A DNA stretch of 64,000 nt from Candidatus Uhrbacteria bacterium (GCA_016187485.1 JACPJO010000005.1:155519-219518), one strand, 5' to 3'. Shown: positions 27,342-36,192, counted from the first letter of the stretch. Program-made: numbers and translations. The notes: generated by a model not told the origin, from the letters alone.

Positions 27342-27363
27342 CAACCTTTCAATTGAAAGGTTG
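27342..27363. promoter_or_regulatory. perfect 22-bp palindrome CAACCTTTCAATTGAAAGGTTG, 10 bp upstream of the ArsR start (autoregulatory operator candidate)
   Basis: Read directly; reverse complement identical. Confidence 0.6.
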
Positions 27364-27393
27364 CCTTTGAGATCAGCACACAAAGAAAATACC

Positions 27394-28839
27394 CTACACA
27401 ATAATCTCTCCCATATCAATCGGCTTGGCTTCGGGTTCTTTTGCGACCGAGTCGCCGCCCTCCAATTCTTTTTCTACTTGCACGCGAGGCGTTGCGTACT
27501 TCTCGCGCGACTGTTTAACAATACGCTCGACAAAATTTCCATGCTTGGGCTTGTCCACGGTAAGCACATCGGCAGAAAACGGATCCCATCGGCGCCCGTC
27601 AATCGTCATTTTCACATAAATCTCCCGCTCAGAAAGATTAATCATGTCGTTCACCGAGAAAACTGGCTGCATTTCGTTGGACATAATCTCCGCATCCTCC
27701 GCGCTGATCTGAAATGACACGATAGAGGCGACGTTGCCAAACAAAGATGACCGCAGCGATGGCGAAAGTTGGGAGAGGTTTTGGTTGGCCACCGTCAAAC
27801 AAAAGCCGAATTTGCGCGCTTCGGCCAAAATATTTTCAAATGTCCTTGTGGCGATATTTTGAAACTCGTCTACATAGAGGTAGAACGGGGTACGATCTTT
27901 CTCCGGCAGACGGATGCGCTGCATGGACGCTTGATAGAGTTTTGTCACAAGTACCGCGCCAAAGAAAGCAGATTTCTCGTCTCCCACACGACCTTTCGAC
28001 AGATTCACGAGCAGAATCTTTTTGTTCTGCATGATCTCATACAAGTCGATCTTGCTTTTTTTCTGTCCAAAAATATTGCGGAGCAGCGGATCAGTAAGCA
28101 ACTGGCCGAATTTATTGAGAAGAGGCGACACCGCTTCCGCATCATACCGCTGCGACCACTCCGGAAACTCAATCGCCCAAAACCGTCGCACCACCGAATC
28201 TTTGATATGCTCAATTACCTTACCGCGAAATGGACCCGAGGAAAGCATGGAGACAATGCCGTTCAACGTTCCGTCGGGATAATCAATCATGGCCAGACAC
28301 GAAAAGCGCAGTAAGTGTTCAATGCGTGGAGACCAGTCGGAGGCAAATTGCTTTTTGAAAATCTCGATAATCGAGTCCGTCACCATATGCTTATCCTCGT
28401 CGGCAACGTTGGCAATCGGGTTAAACGCTACGGGAAAATCACGGTCGGCTGGGTCAATCAGCACCACATCATCAATACGATTCTCCGGAATGAACTCCAA
28501 CATGGAGTTGATCAAATCTCCATGCGGATCCACAACACCCACCGCGTGGCCAAAATGAATATCCGCTCGCATGAGAAGTTCCATGAGTTTTGTTTTCCCC
28601 ACGCCAGACTTCCCAATCACATACAAATGGCGACGACGATCGCGGCGCTTAATACCAAAAATGTACCGCTTCGCTGCATAGCCGGTGGAAAAGTTTGTTT
28701 TACCAAAAAGAGAAATCTCTTCCGGTGCGACGTCTTGCGGGGTCGGGAGAGTATCGGGTGGTTCATGACGCCGAGCAACAAACGTCTCCAGTTCTCCGTC
28801 GCCCGCCGTTGTCGGTGATTGAAAAAGTGGATCGGCCAT
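27394..28839 (-). CDS. FtsK/HerA-superfamily P-loop ATPase, TraD/VirD4- or DUF87-like (paralog 1)
   Basis: Walker A GKSGVGKT, DPHGD motif, Walker B FYLYVDEFQN followed by AEARKFG. 481 aa. Confidence 0.65.
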   Translation of the reverse strand: MADPLFQSPTTAGDGELETFVARRHEPPDTLPTPQDVAPEEISLFGKTNFSTGYAAKRYIFGIKRRDRRRHLYVIGKSGVGKTKLMELLMRADIHFGHAVGVVDPHGDLINSMLEFIPENRIDDVVLIDPADRDFPVAFNPIANVADEDKHMVTDSIIEIFKKQFASDWSPRIEHLLRFSCLAMIDYPDGTLNGIVSMLSSGPFRGKVIEHIKDSVVRRFWAIEFPEWSQRYDAEAVSPLLNKFGQLLTDPLLRNIFGQKKSKIDLYEIMQNKKILLVNLSKGRVGDEKSAFFGAVLVTKLYQASMQRIRLPEKDRTPFYLYVDEFQNIATRTFENILAEARKFGFCLTVANQNLSQLSPSLRSSLFGNVASIVSFQISAEDAEIMSNEMQPVFSVNDMINLSEREIYVKMTIDGRRWDPFSADVLTVDKPKHGNFVERIVKQSREKYATPRVQVEKELEGGDSVAKEPEAKPIDMGEIIV

Positions 28840-28842
28840 ACA

Positions 28843-30699
28843 TCACCACGGAAAAATACTCGGCTCTTTTGCCACTTGCAGGGGCTCCTCCTCTTCCCCA
28901 TCATCCCCACCGTCATCTTTCTGTGGAGCACTCCCCGCGGACGGTGGGGAATTTCCATGAGGCTTCTTGTGACGGCGGCGTTTACGCTTTCCTCCTTCAT
29001 CCGGACGAGAACCCACAGAGACGGTCGGTGCATTCGTCGGCGTCACAGGAGAAGTTGCCACAGAAACAGAGGCTGCAGGTGTCGGGGTCGTTATCCCTGT
29101 TGGACGAGGAGCGCTTAGCGCCGACAACGACACCTCTCCCACCGTCTCCGTCCTCACCACTTCAGCGTCTTTCATAACAGAGACCGGCGTTTCTCCAGGT
29201 CTGGACGGTTTTTTACCGGCTTTGCGTTCTGCCTTCACAATATCAATGCAATCTTCACAGTAAATCGGCCGCGAGCGATCCAGTTCAACCGGTAACTCCA
29301 TGTGTTTTTGGCATCGCGAACACGTATACTCATGCATCCACGACTTCTTCTTCGACACAGGCGGCGCAACTTCTGGAATTTCTGGAAGCGCCCCCTCTTC
29401 GATCACGGGTTTACTTTCACTCCACCGCAGAATCCGCTCTTCCACAAGTTCGCGCGGGACGGCATATTGCTGTCGGGAAGCCGCAATAACCTTCACCTCA
29501 TTCTTTGTGTGAATCTGGATTGGCGGAAGCGTTACGGCAGAGAACGGATCACCGGCAATTCCTTTCGAGAGAAGTTTCAAATAAATGTTTGCCTTGGGGA
29601 GATTTACAAGGTCGTCCTCGATAAATTTTGGCGCAAACTCCACGGCTAATTTTTCTGCATCGGCCGATCCTACACGGAACGAAATAAGCGTTCCGGCGTT
29701 TCCAAACACGGCCGCTTCGACCGTTTCATCCAGCTGCTCAATGTATTGGTGAGCCATGATAAGCGCGAGGCGGTATTTACGCGCTTCGGAGAGAATGTTC
29801 GCAAACGACTCCGTGGCAAAGTTTTGAAATTCGTCAATGTAGAGGTAGAAGTCCTCACGAGCTTCCTCCAAAATATCCACGCGCGCCATTGCGGCAAGCT
29901 GCATCTTTGTCACAAGAAGCCCCCCAAGCAGCCGGCTTGCGTCCTCCCCAATACGTCCCTTCGACAGGTTCACAATAAAGATGTGGTTTCCATCCATGAT
30001 GTGGCGCATGTCAATCGTGGACTTCTCTTGTGCCACGATGTTGCGCACAAGCGAGGTAGAAAGAAACTGGCCGACCTTGTTTTGAATCGGCGCAATTGCT
30101 TCCGTGCGAAACTTTGGATCCCACTGCTCAAATTCTGTCACCCAGAAAGCCTTCACCACCGGATCTCGAATGCCCGCCACAATTTTCCGGCGGAAGTCGC
30201 GGTCTACAAGAATACGGTTGATGCCAAGAAGGGTATTCCCGGGATTTTCCAGCAAACTCAAAATACAGTTATTCATGATGTGCTCCATGCGTGGACTCCA
30301 CACATCCGGCCAAATCTTTTTAAAGACGCCCATGAGACCCGAGGCAATCACGTGCTTGTGGCTATCGTCCACGGCTTCGAGTACGTTGAACCCAATGCAA
30401 TGATTGAGATCGGATGGATTGAAATACACGACGTCATTGATCCGATGCTCGGGAATGGCATCAATGATCTTCTCGGCAGAATCCCCGTGCGGATCAATAA
30501 ATCCGACGCCGTGGCCGTAGTAGATGTCGGCCAAGATCATGTTTTCAATCAGCGTCGTTTTTCCCACACCGGATTTTCCCACAATGTACATGTGCCGGCG
30601 GCGATCATCCGTGCGAATGCCAAACTTCCGCAAACGGTTGCGGAAGTTTGTTCGCGCGAAGAAAATTACATCTTGTTCGTGATCGTGAAAGTATTTCAT
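28843..30699 (-). CDS. FtsK/HerA-superfamily P-loop ATPase (paralog 2) with a C-terminal CxxC...CxxC zinc ribbon and a Pro/Thr/Lys-rich tail
   Basis: GKSGVGKTT, DPHGDS, FYLYIDEFQN, SEARKYRL; CSRCQKH...CEDC. The start may be 30726 (26-bp overlap) or the internal ATG at 30699. Confidence 0.65.
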   Translation of the reverse strand: MKYFHDHEQDVIFFARTNFRNRLRKFGIRTDDRRRHMYIVGKSGVGKTTLIENMILADIYYGHGVGFIDPHGDSAEKIIDAIPEHRINDVVYFNPSDLNHCIGFNVLEAVDDSHKHVIASGLMGVFKKIWPDVWSPRMEHIMNNCILSLLENPGNTLLGINRILVDRDFRRKIVAGIRDPVVKAFWVTEFEQWDPKFRTEAIAPIQNKVGQFLSTSLVRNIVAQEKSTIDMRHIMDGNHIFIVNLSKGRIGEDASRLLGGLLVTKMQLAAMARVDILEEAREDFYLYIDEFQNFATESFANILSEARKYRLALIMAHQYIEQLDETVEAAVFGNAGTLISFRVGSADAEKLAVEFAPKFIEDDLVNLPKANIYLKLLSKGIAGDPFSAVTLPPIQIHTKNEVKVIAASRQQYAVPRELVEERILRWSESKPVIEEGALPEIPEVAPPVSKKKSWMHEYTCSRCQKHMELPVELDRSRPIYCEDCIDIVKAERKAGKKPSRPGETPVSVMKDAEVVRTETVGEVSLSALSAPRPTGITTPTPAASVSVATSPVTPTNAPTVSVGSRPDEGGKRKRRRHKKPHGNSPPSAGSAPQKDDGGDDGEEEEPLQVAKEPSIFPW

Positions 30700-30700
30700 A

Positions 30701-32446
30701 CTAACGGACGTCGTCCATTGTATCACGAAGCCCTACATCTTCCGGCTCAACCCCTTGCTCAATAAGCACGCGGATTTCATCGGGAATACCTGCCGGTGAT
30801 CCTGTCTTCAAATGCGAAGGGGTGGGAGGACGTGCATCGTATGCGTTCGCGCGCGGGGCGATATTTTGCGGCGTCAGTGAGGAGGACGGCGCAGCATGCG
30901 CGGTCGGAGCTACTGGCCGCGGGGCAGAAAGGCCCTCTGCCGGTCTATCGGCATGAGCATCTCCTTCGATTGCCACTTCGTGCGACGGCGCCGCTTTAGC
31001 GTGGGATGTATGCACAACCTCGCCCATCCCATGCGCGGGCGGAATAGCCATAGGCATCTCGAATAAATCCGCCGGCGCCTCTTCCTTTTGTACTTCCCCG
31101 CCCGGCAGAATCATTTTGGGCGCGACCAACATTTCCTCTTCTTCATCGGCAAACGGCGTATCTGTAGGCGGCTCGGCACGCTTGGCGAGCGTCTTCTTGA
31201 TAAGCGGCACCTTTACGTTGATCGTCGGGAAGTGCCAGAGCGTCGCCAACTCCTCAGTGTTCAACACAAACGCCTCGGCGCCAATCTCGGTACTTCTCTC
31301 CACATATCCTTTCATGAGCTTGTTTTGGTAGTACGCGTACCACCACACTTGCCAGAAGTAGTCATCTTCCGGACTCCCATGCCCCGTAAAGGCGTTCAAA
31401 TCTTGGTGTGCGAGCTGCTTGAGGAATCCTTTCACGATATCTTTGCGTGTCACCTTCGTGAAGACTTCTTTGCGCGCTACATAGATCACGCGGATTTTTG
31501 TCTTGAGCCCTGGTTTGCCGATCTTGCGCACAACCGATTTACTGATTTCCCGCTCCTGCTCTGTAACTTTAAACGCCTTCCATACCTCTTCTTGGAATTT
31601 ATCTTTCCCGGCCTCGGCCTCACCTCCCAGAATGTCTCCAATTACGACGCCCGGTACCGATGCAATCGCGCCGCCGATGGCGCCCAACAAACCGCCGGAT
31701 TCTGCATGCTTGTTACTCACCCCATAGGTCTTTTTGATAAAGGCGTCCCCCTCTTCTTTCCATTCTTCGCCCGCATGCTCAGTAAGCACTTGAAACCATA
31801 ATTGCTCGCCGGGCTTCATCTGCGCCATCCCTTCAAAAAGTGTGACAAGCGGGTCCTTGAGGTCCTGTGTCAGCGAGTGCTCAAAATCTACATAGGTGCG
31901 CACAGACATGAAACTTGGTTTCGCAAGCACGTACTCTGCCCCCCATACGTCCCACTGCTCATGGGGAAAATGGTGCGGCACCTCCTTCGCGTAGTCATCG
32001 ACGAGAGCAATTTCCGCATCGGGGTATTGTGCATAAATAACCGCTTCATAGACATCGCGATACCGCTGCTCCGTCCAAATGTAAAATTGGATATAGCCGT
32101 TAATCGAGGCAATCTCAAAACTATGGCGCCAGGGCACCTTTCCCATGAGGTACGTCTCAAGCCACGTGGGAGAAGCTTTCAGGGCAACGGTAACACCAAA
32201 GATGTTTTCCACGGCACGGGGACTTTGCTCCGTGAGGCGTGGGACATCTATCGCAAGTAGGATATACGGCCGGTGGTGGCGCCAATAATGGCGCTGCATC
32301 TCAAGCCACATTTCAAAAATGCCGTAGAGGAAGACGACAAGAAACGGGATCCAGCCGAAATACAACAAGAGATCAATGATGATCTCGTCCACCGGCTGGT
32401 TCAGAAATTGCGACAGGGTAAACCCTCCAATTGTCGCAAGAAGCAT
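30701..32446 (-). CDS. large membrane-anchored hypothetical protein (N-terminal TM helices, long Pro/Ala-rich C-terminal tail)
   Basis: 581 aa; hydrophobic N-terminus. Operon-like juxtaposition with the two ATPases. Confidence 0.55.
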   Translation of the reverse strand: MLLATIGGFTLSQFLNQPVDEIIIDLLLYFGWIPFLVVFLYGIFEMWLEMQRHYWRHHRPYILLAIDVPRLTEQSPRAVENIFGVTVALKASPTWLETYLMGKVPWRHSFEIASINGYIQFYIWTEQRYRDVYEAVIYAQYPDAEIALVDDYAKEVPHHFPHEQWDVWGAEYVLAKPSFMSVRTYVDFEHSLTQDLKDPLVTLFEGMAQMKPGEQLWFQVLTEHAGEEWKEEGDAFIKKTYGVSNKHAESGGLLGAIGGAIASVPGVVIGDILGGEAEAGKDKFQEEVWKAFKVTEQEREISKSVVRKIGKPGLKTKIRVIYVARKEVFTKVTRKDIVKGFLKQLAHQDLNAFTGHGSPEDDYFWQVWWYAYYQNKLMKGYVERSTEIGAEAFVLNTEELATLWHFPTINVKVPLIKKTLAKRAEPPTDTPFADEEEEMLVAPKMILPGGEVQKEEAPADLFEMPMAIPPAHGMGEVVHTSHAKAAPSHEVAIEGDAHADRPAEGLSAPRPVAPTAHAAPSSSLTPQNIAPRANAYDARPPTPSHLKTGSPAGIPDEIRVLIEQGVEPEDVGLRDTMDDVR

Positions 32447-32461
32447 AGCGCCCCCATTATA

Positions 32462-33370
32462 TCACGAATGGGAGAGAGCGTGCTTTTTGTCCCACTCATG
32501 CCACGTGACAAGAAGAGGCGACGCAATGAAGATCGAAGAGTAGGCTCCCGCCGACATACCGATAAGAAGCGCCAGAGCAAACGAGCGTGTGGTCTCCCCG
32601 CCAAAAAGAAAGACGGCAAGAATCGCCAAAAGAGTTGTGAGAGTCGAATTGATAGAGCGAGCGTAGGTTTGCCGTAAACTTTTCGTCACAAGTCCGCTCA
32701 AATCTCGGCCGCCTTCACGGGCAAGATTTTCCCGCGTGCGGTCAAACACGACAATCGTGTCATTAATTGAGTACCCAAGAATCGTGAGAATAGCGGCGAC
32801 AAACGCCGTATCCACCTGAAAGGACTGCGAACGTCCCAACACGGCAAAGACTCCGAGTGGAATAAGAATGTCATGCAATCCTACAAGGACGGTCAGCACC
32901 GCATATTTCCATGAGGCGACCGGTTCGGAAACTTTCCGGAACATCCAGGTGATGTACACCACAATAAGGAGAACGGAAAGCACGAGACCAAAGAGCGACT
33001 TCCGCTTAAGTTCAGAGCCAATCACCGGGCCCACCGAATCAAACCTTCGCTCCTCAACAGTGCCGAATTTCTCTCGGAGTGCTCCAAGAAGCGCTTGGTG
33101 TTTTTCTTCCGATAGAACGGGCAGCCGCATAAGCGCTCCCTGCTCTTCTGTCTCTTGCACGACCGCTTCGGGGTATCCCGCTTCTTTCACCGCCTCGCGC
33201 ACGACGACCACCTCCGTCGCTGTCTCGAAGCGCACCTCCATCAAACTCCCGCCAGTGAAGTCAATCCCAAATGGCAGATGGAAAACAATGAGAAGCACGA
33301 TACTGGCTGCGGCAATAGTGCCAGAAACGGCATACCAAATTTTTCGTCCGGCAATAGGATGAAGGGTCAT
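32462..33370 (-). CDS. secF: protein translocase subunit SecF
   Basis: IDFTGGSLMEVRF, six TM helices, SINDTIVVFDR motif. Start trimmed to the ATG abutting the secD stop. Confidence 0.85.
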   Translation of the reverse strand: MTLHPIAGRKIWYAVSGTIAAASIVLLIVFHLPFGIDFTGGSLMEVRFETATEVVVVREAVKEAGYPEAVVQETEEQGALMRLPVLSEEKHQALLGALREKFGTVEERRFDSVGPVIGSELKRKSLFGLVLSVLLIVVYITWMFRKVSEPVASWKYAVLTVLVGLHDILIPLGVFAVLGRSQSFQVDTAFVAAILTILGYSINDTIVVFDRTRENLAREGGRDLSGLVTKSLRQTYARSINSTLTTLLAILAVFLFGGETTRSFALALLIGMSAGAYSSIFIASPLLVTWHEWDKKHALSHS

Positions 33371-35373
33371 ACGGAAGCTTTTTGAGATACGCCATACCAC
33401 CACGAACGCTTGGCGAACTTACTTACGACGAGAAGGAGAAGACGGCTTACCGTAATGGTGGTGAACATGGAGAGAAGAATACCGATTGAGAGCGTAACGG
33501 CGAAACCTTTAATAAAGCTTGTACTGAAGAGAAAGAGCACGGCCGCGGTGATGAGCGATGTGGCGTTTCCGTCACGGATGGATGTCCATGCGCGCTTGAA
33601 GCCTTCGATCATTGCCATATGCAGGTCACGCCCATCGCGGAGTTCTTCTTTAGTGCGCTCGAAGATGAGAACGTTTGCGTCTACAGCCATACCAAGCGAG
33701 AGGATGAAACCCGCGATCCCAGAAAGCGTCAATGTTACACCGAAGATTTTATACGCAGCAAGGTTGAGAAGCGCGTAAATAGTAAGCGCAATGATCGCAA
33801 TGACACCGGAGAGCCGATAGTACAAGACCATGAAGAGAGCGACGAGGAAAAAGCCGATAAGGCCCGCCTTGAGTGACCGGTCGAGCGAGTCGGCGCCGAG
33901 CGTGGGACCAACCGTGCGCTGCGAGAGAAGCTCGACGGGCACGGGAAGCGCGCCGGCGTTGAGACGCTGCGCCAATAGTTTAGCTTCTTCTACCGTAAAG
34001 GTTCCCGAAATAACGGCGCGGCCTCCATAGATCGCCTGCTGGACAACCGGCGCCGAGATCACCTCGCCGTCAAGGAAGATGGCAATTTGCTGCTTGATGC
34101 GTCGCGCCGTGATCTCCCCAAACAACTTGTCGCCCTCCGCATCAAATTGAAGCGCAACATAGGGTTGGCCGGTGGATTGATCGAACTCAACGCCGGCGCG
34201 CTCAAGCTGCTTGCCTGAAAGCGGCGTGTTCACCCATGCCCCCGCATCGGGCGCAACATCCCACGGCTGCGTGAGTTTGGAGACGTTGCGTGTCATGGTG
34301 TACGTTTTCACCGGCTTTTCTGCGCGTTTCAAAAAGACGTGATAGCCATACTCTGTTTCGACGGCGCTCGATACGCTTCCCACAGGAAGAGAGCGCACTG
34401 CCAACTCCGCTGCCGGCGGCAAAAATCCCGGTTGCGTCCACGAAAGTTCTCCGCCGTTTTCTTTGGCAGAGGGATCCGTGGAAAATTCACGGGCACGGTC
34501 GGCAAAATTCTCTGCCATAATGCCGTCTGTTGCCTTTTGCACTTGGATAGACGCCTCAATCGCCGGAATGGGATTAGGACAATTCGTTTTCCCTTCAAAA
34601 CAAATAAGAATGTGCGAGAGATCCCATTCGGTGTCTTCCCCGACAGAATCCAATCGGAGAACATTGATGCCCTCGGCGTTTTCCTCGGATGTATACCCAC
34701 CCACACGAATTTTGTTTGTCACAATGGCAGACACGAGCGGCCCGTAGAGCGGGTGCGCGGGCGCAATGTTTGTGAGTGTTTCCGTTTGCGTGTCCCCAAA
34801 TCCCTCTCGACGAGCTTTCGCAAGAAGATCCTTTGCCGCCTTGCGCTCCTCGGCCTGCTTTGTTTCCAGTTCTGTTTTCTGTTCAGGGGTCAGCCCTTCT
34901 TGATTCGCCCCAGGTTCTTTAAATTCCAAAATGGGTGTCTCGCCAATTTCACGAATCGCTTCGGATACATCAAGCACTCCTGCTAAATCGACAACCACGC
35001 GATAGCCCCCGCCGCTTGTGATCGTCTGCACAACCGGTTCAGAAACCCCGAAAGCATTCACACGGCGCTCAATAACATCACGCACGCCCTCAAGCGCTTC
35101 GTCTCGCTCGGATGAAGGAATATCACTCATGTCAGCACCGTACTCCAAGTGCGTGCCGCCCTTTAGATCAAGGCCTAAACGATAAGACTCGGTAGAAAGC
35201 CCCGGAAGCCCAATAGCTTGAAAGGCTTGCGGCACGGCAAACCCAAGCGCTAAAAGAACAAGAACCACAAGGACACTGATTTTCGCCCAGAGCCAAGAGC
35301 GGCCGCTGCCGGAACTTCTGGATGCTTGAGAGCGGTGCTTTGCATCAAGGTACTTACGATAGCTATAACCCAT
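33367..35373 (-). CDS. secD: protein translocase subunit SecD with an embedded parvulin-type PPIase domain
   Basis: SecD TM bundle LSGIAGFILSLGMAVDANVLIFER. The periplasmic region contains SHILI...FSTDPSAKENGGELSW...VETEYGYHVF, matching PpiC/parvulin. Confidence 0.8.
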   Translation of the reverse strand: MGYSYRKYLDAKHRSQASRSSGSGRSWLWAKISVLVVLVLLALGFAVPQAFQAIGLPGLSTESYRLGLDLKGGTHLEYGADMSDIPSSERDEALEGVRDVIERRVNAFGVSEPVVQTITSGGGYRVVVDLAGVLDVSEAIREIGETPILEFKEPGANQEGLTPEQKTELETKQAEERKAAKDLLAKARREGFGDTQTETLTNIAPAHPLYGPLVSAIVTNKIRVGGYTSEENAEGINVLRLDSVGEDTEWDLSHILICFEGKTNCPNPIPAIEASIQVQKATDGIMAENFADRAREFSTDPSAKENGGELSWTQPGFLPPAAELAVRSLPVGSVSSAVETEYGYHVFLKRAEKPVKTYTMTRNVSKLTQPWDVAPDAGAWVNTPLSGKQLERAGVEFDQSTGQPYVALQFDAEGDKLFGEITARRIKQQIAIFLDGEVISAPVVQQAIYGGRAVISGTFTVEEAKLLAQRLNAGALPVPVELLSQRTVGPTLGADSLDRSLKAGLIGFFLVALFMVLYYRLSGVIAIIALTIYALLNLAAYKIFGVTLTLSGIAGFILSLGMAVDANVLIFERTKEELRDGRDLHMAMIEGFKRAWTSIRDGNATSLITAAVLFLFSTSFIKGFAVTLSIGILLSMFTTITVSRLLLLVVSKFAKRSWWYGVSQKASV

Positions 35374-35417
35374 AATTGGGGAGAAGTGTAGCGGAGGGAG
35401 AAAAGGAGCGCAAGCGA

Positions 35418-35446
35418 TTGACAAATTCCCCTTTTTTGTGCAGAAT
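35418..35446 (+). promoter_or_regulatory. sigma70-like promoter: TTGACA, 17-bp spacer, CAGAAT
   Basis: Hexamers read directly, about 45 bp upstream of the GGDEF gene's ATG. RBS AAAGGAAG. Confidence 0.45.
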
Positions 35447-35489
35447 GGGATGTCCATACTGGACACCTCACGCCAAGAAAGGAAGCGAC

Positions 35490-36167
35490 ATGGGGAACAG
35501 CGACCCTTCCCAGACAGAGGAGCTCGAACGACTCCGCAAACAGGTGCAAGCGCTCGAGGCTGCGATCGCAGCCAAAGATCGCGAGATCGGGACCAAAGAC
35601 GGGATCATCAGCCAATTCGCCCGTCGCGTCGTGAACCTGCGCTCACAGATCCGTGAGAGCGAGGAGACGTCGCACACCGACGGCCTCACCGGACTCCTCC
35701 TCAAGACCGAGCTGGAACGCGCCCTCCCCGGCATCGTACGCCGCGCCAAGAACAGCAGCGAGCCGTTGAGCATGATCTTCGTGGACCTGAACGACTTCCG
35801 CGAGGTCAACACGGCGCACGGTCACATGGGAGGCGACGCGGTTTTGCGAGAGGCCGCGCGCCGTCTCCGGCGCGTGCTCCGCCTCACCGACCTGGCAGGA
35901 CGTGTGGGCGGCGAAGAGTTCGCCGTCATCCTGCCGGGGACGCCCAAGAAGATGGCGGAGCGTGTCGCGACGCGCATCTACGCCGCCATCGCCAAGGATC
36001 CCTACCGCATCCCCGATGATGGCGAGGTCATCATGAGCGCCAGCGTGGGCTGGGCATGCGTCGCGGACACCGGCTACAGCCACGAGGAACTCTACAAGGC
36101 CGCCGACCAGGCCATGTACCGCGGAAAAGCAAAGAAGGGCTCAGGCGAGCCCACCTTGTCCGACTGA
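35490..36167 (+). CDS. GGDEF-domain diguanylate cyclase with N-terminal coiled coil (GC-rich)
   Basis: GGEEF active-site motif, RVGGEEFAVIL. N-terminal LERLRKQVQALEAAIAAK coiled-coil. GC3-biased. Confidence 0.75.
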   Translation: MGNSDPSQTEELERLRKQVQALEAAIAAKDREIGTKDGIISQFARRVVNLRSQIRESEETSHTDGLTGLLLKTELERALPGIVRRAKNSSEPLSMIFVDLNDFREVNTAHGHMGGDAVLREAARRLRRVLRLTDLAGRVGGEEFAVILPGTPKKMAERVATRIYAAIAKDPYRIPDDGEVIMSASVGWACVADTGYSHEELYKAADQAMYRGKAKKGSGEPTLSD

Positions 36168-36192
36168 ACGTTCTTTTTCTCCTTCACCTTCG

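Noticed and set aside
35381-35393. Shared GGGGA(G/A)A(A)GTGTAGC motif upstream of two GC-rich-gene promoters (35378 and 43161)
   Set aside because: On the opposite strand the motif is GCTACACTT(C)TCCCC immediately 5' of the secD and murC start codons. It is more likely a shared leader/RBS context of those minus-strand genes than part of the cassette promoters. The evidence is too thin to call.
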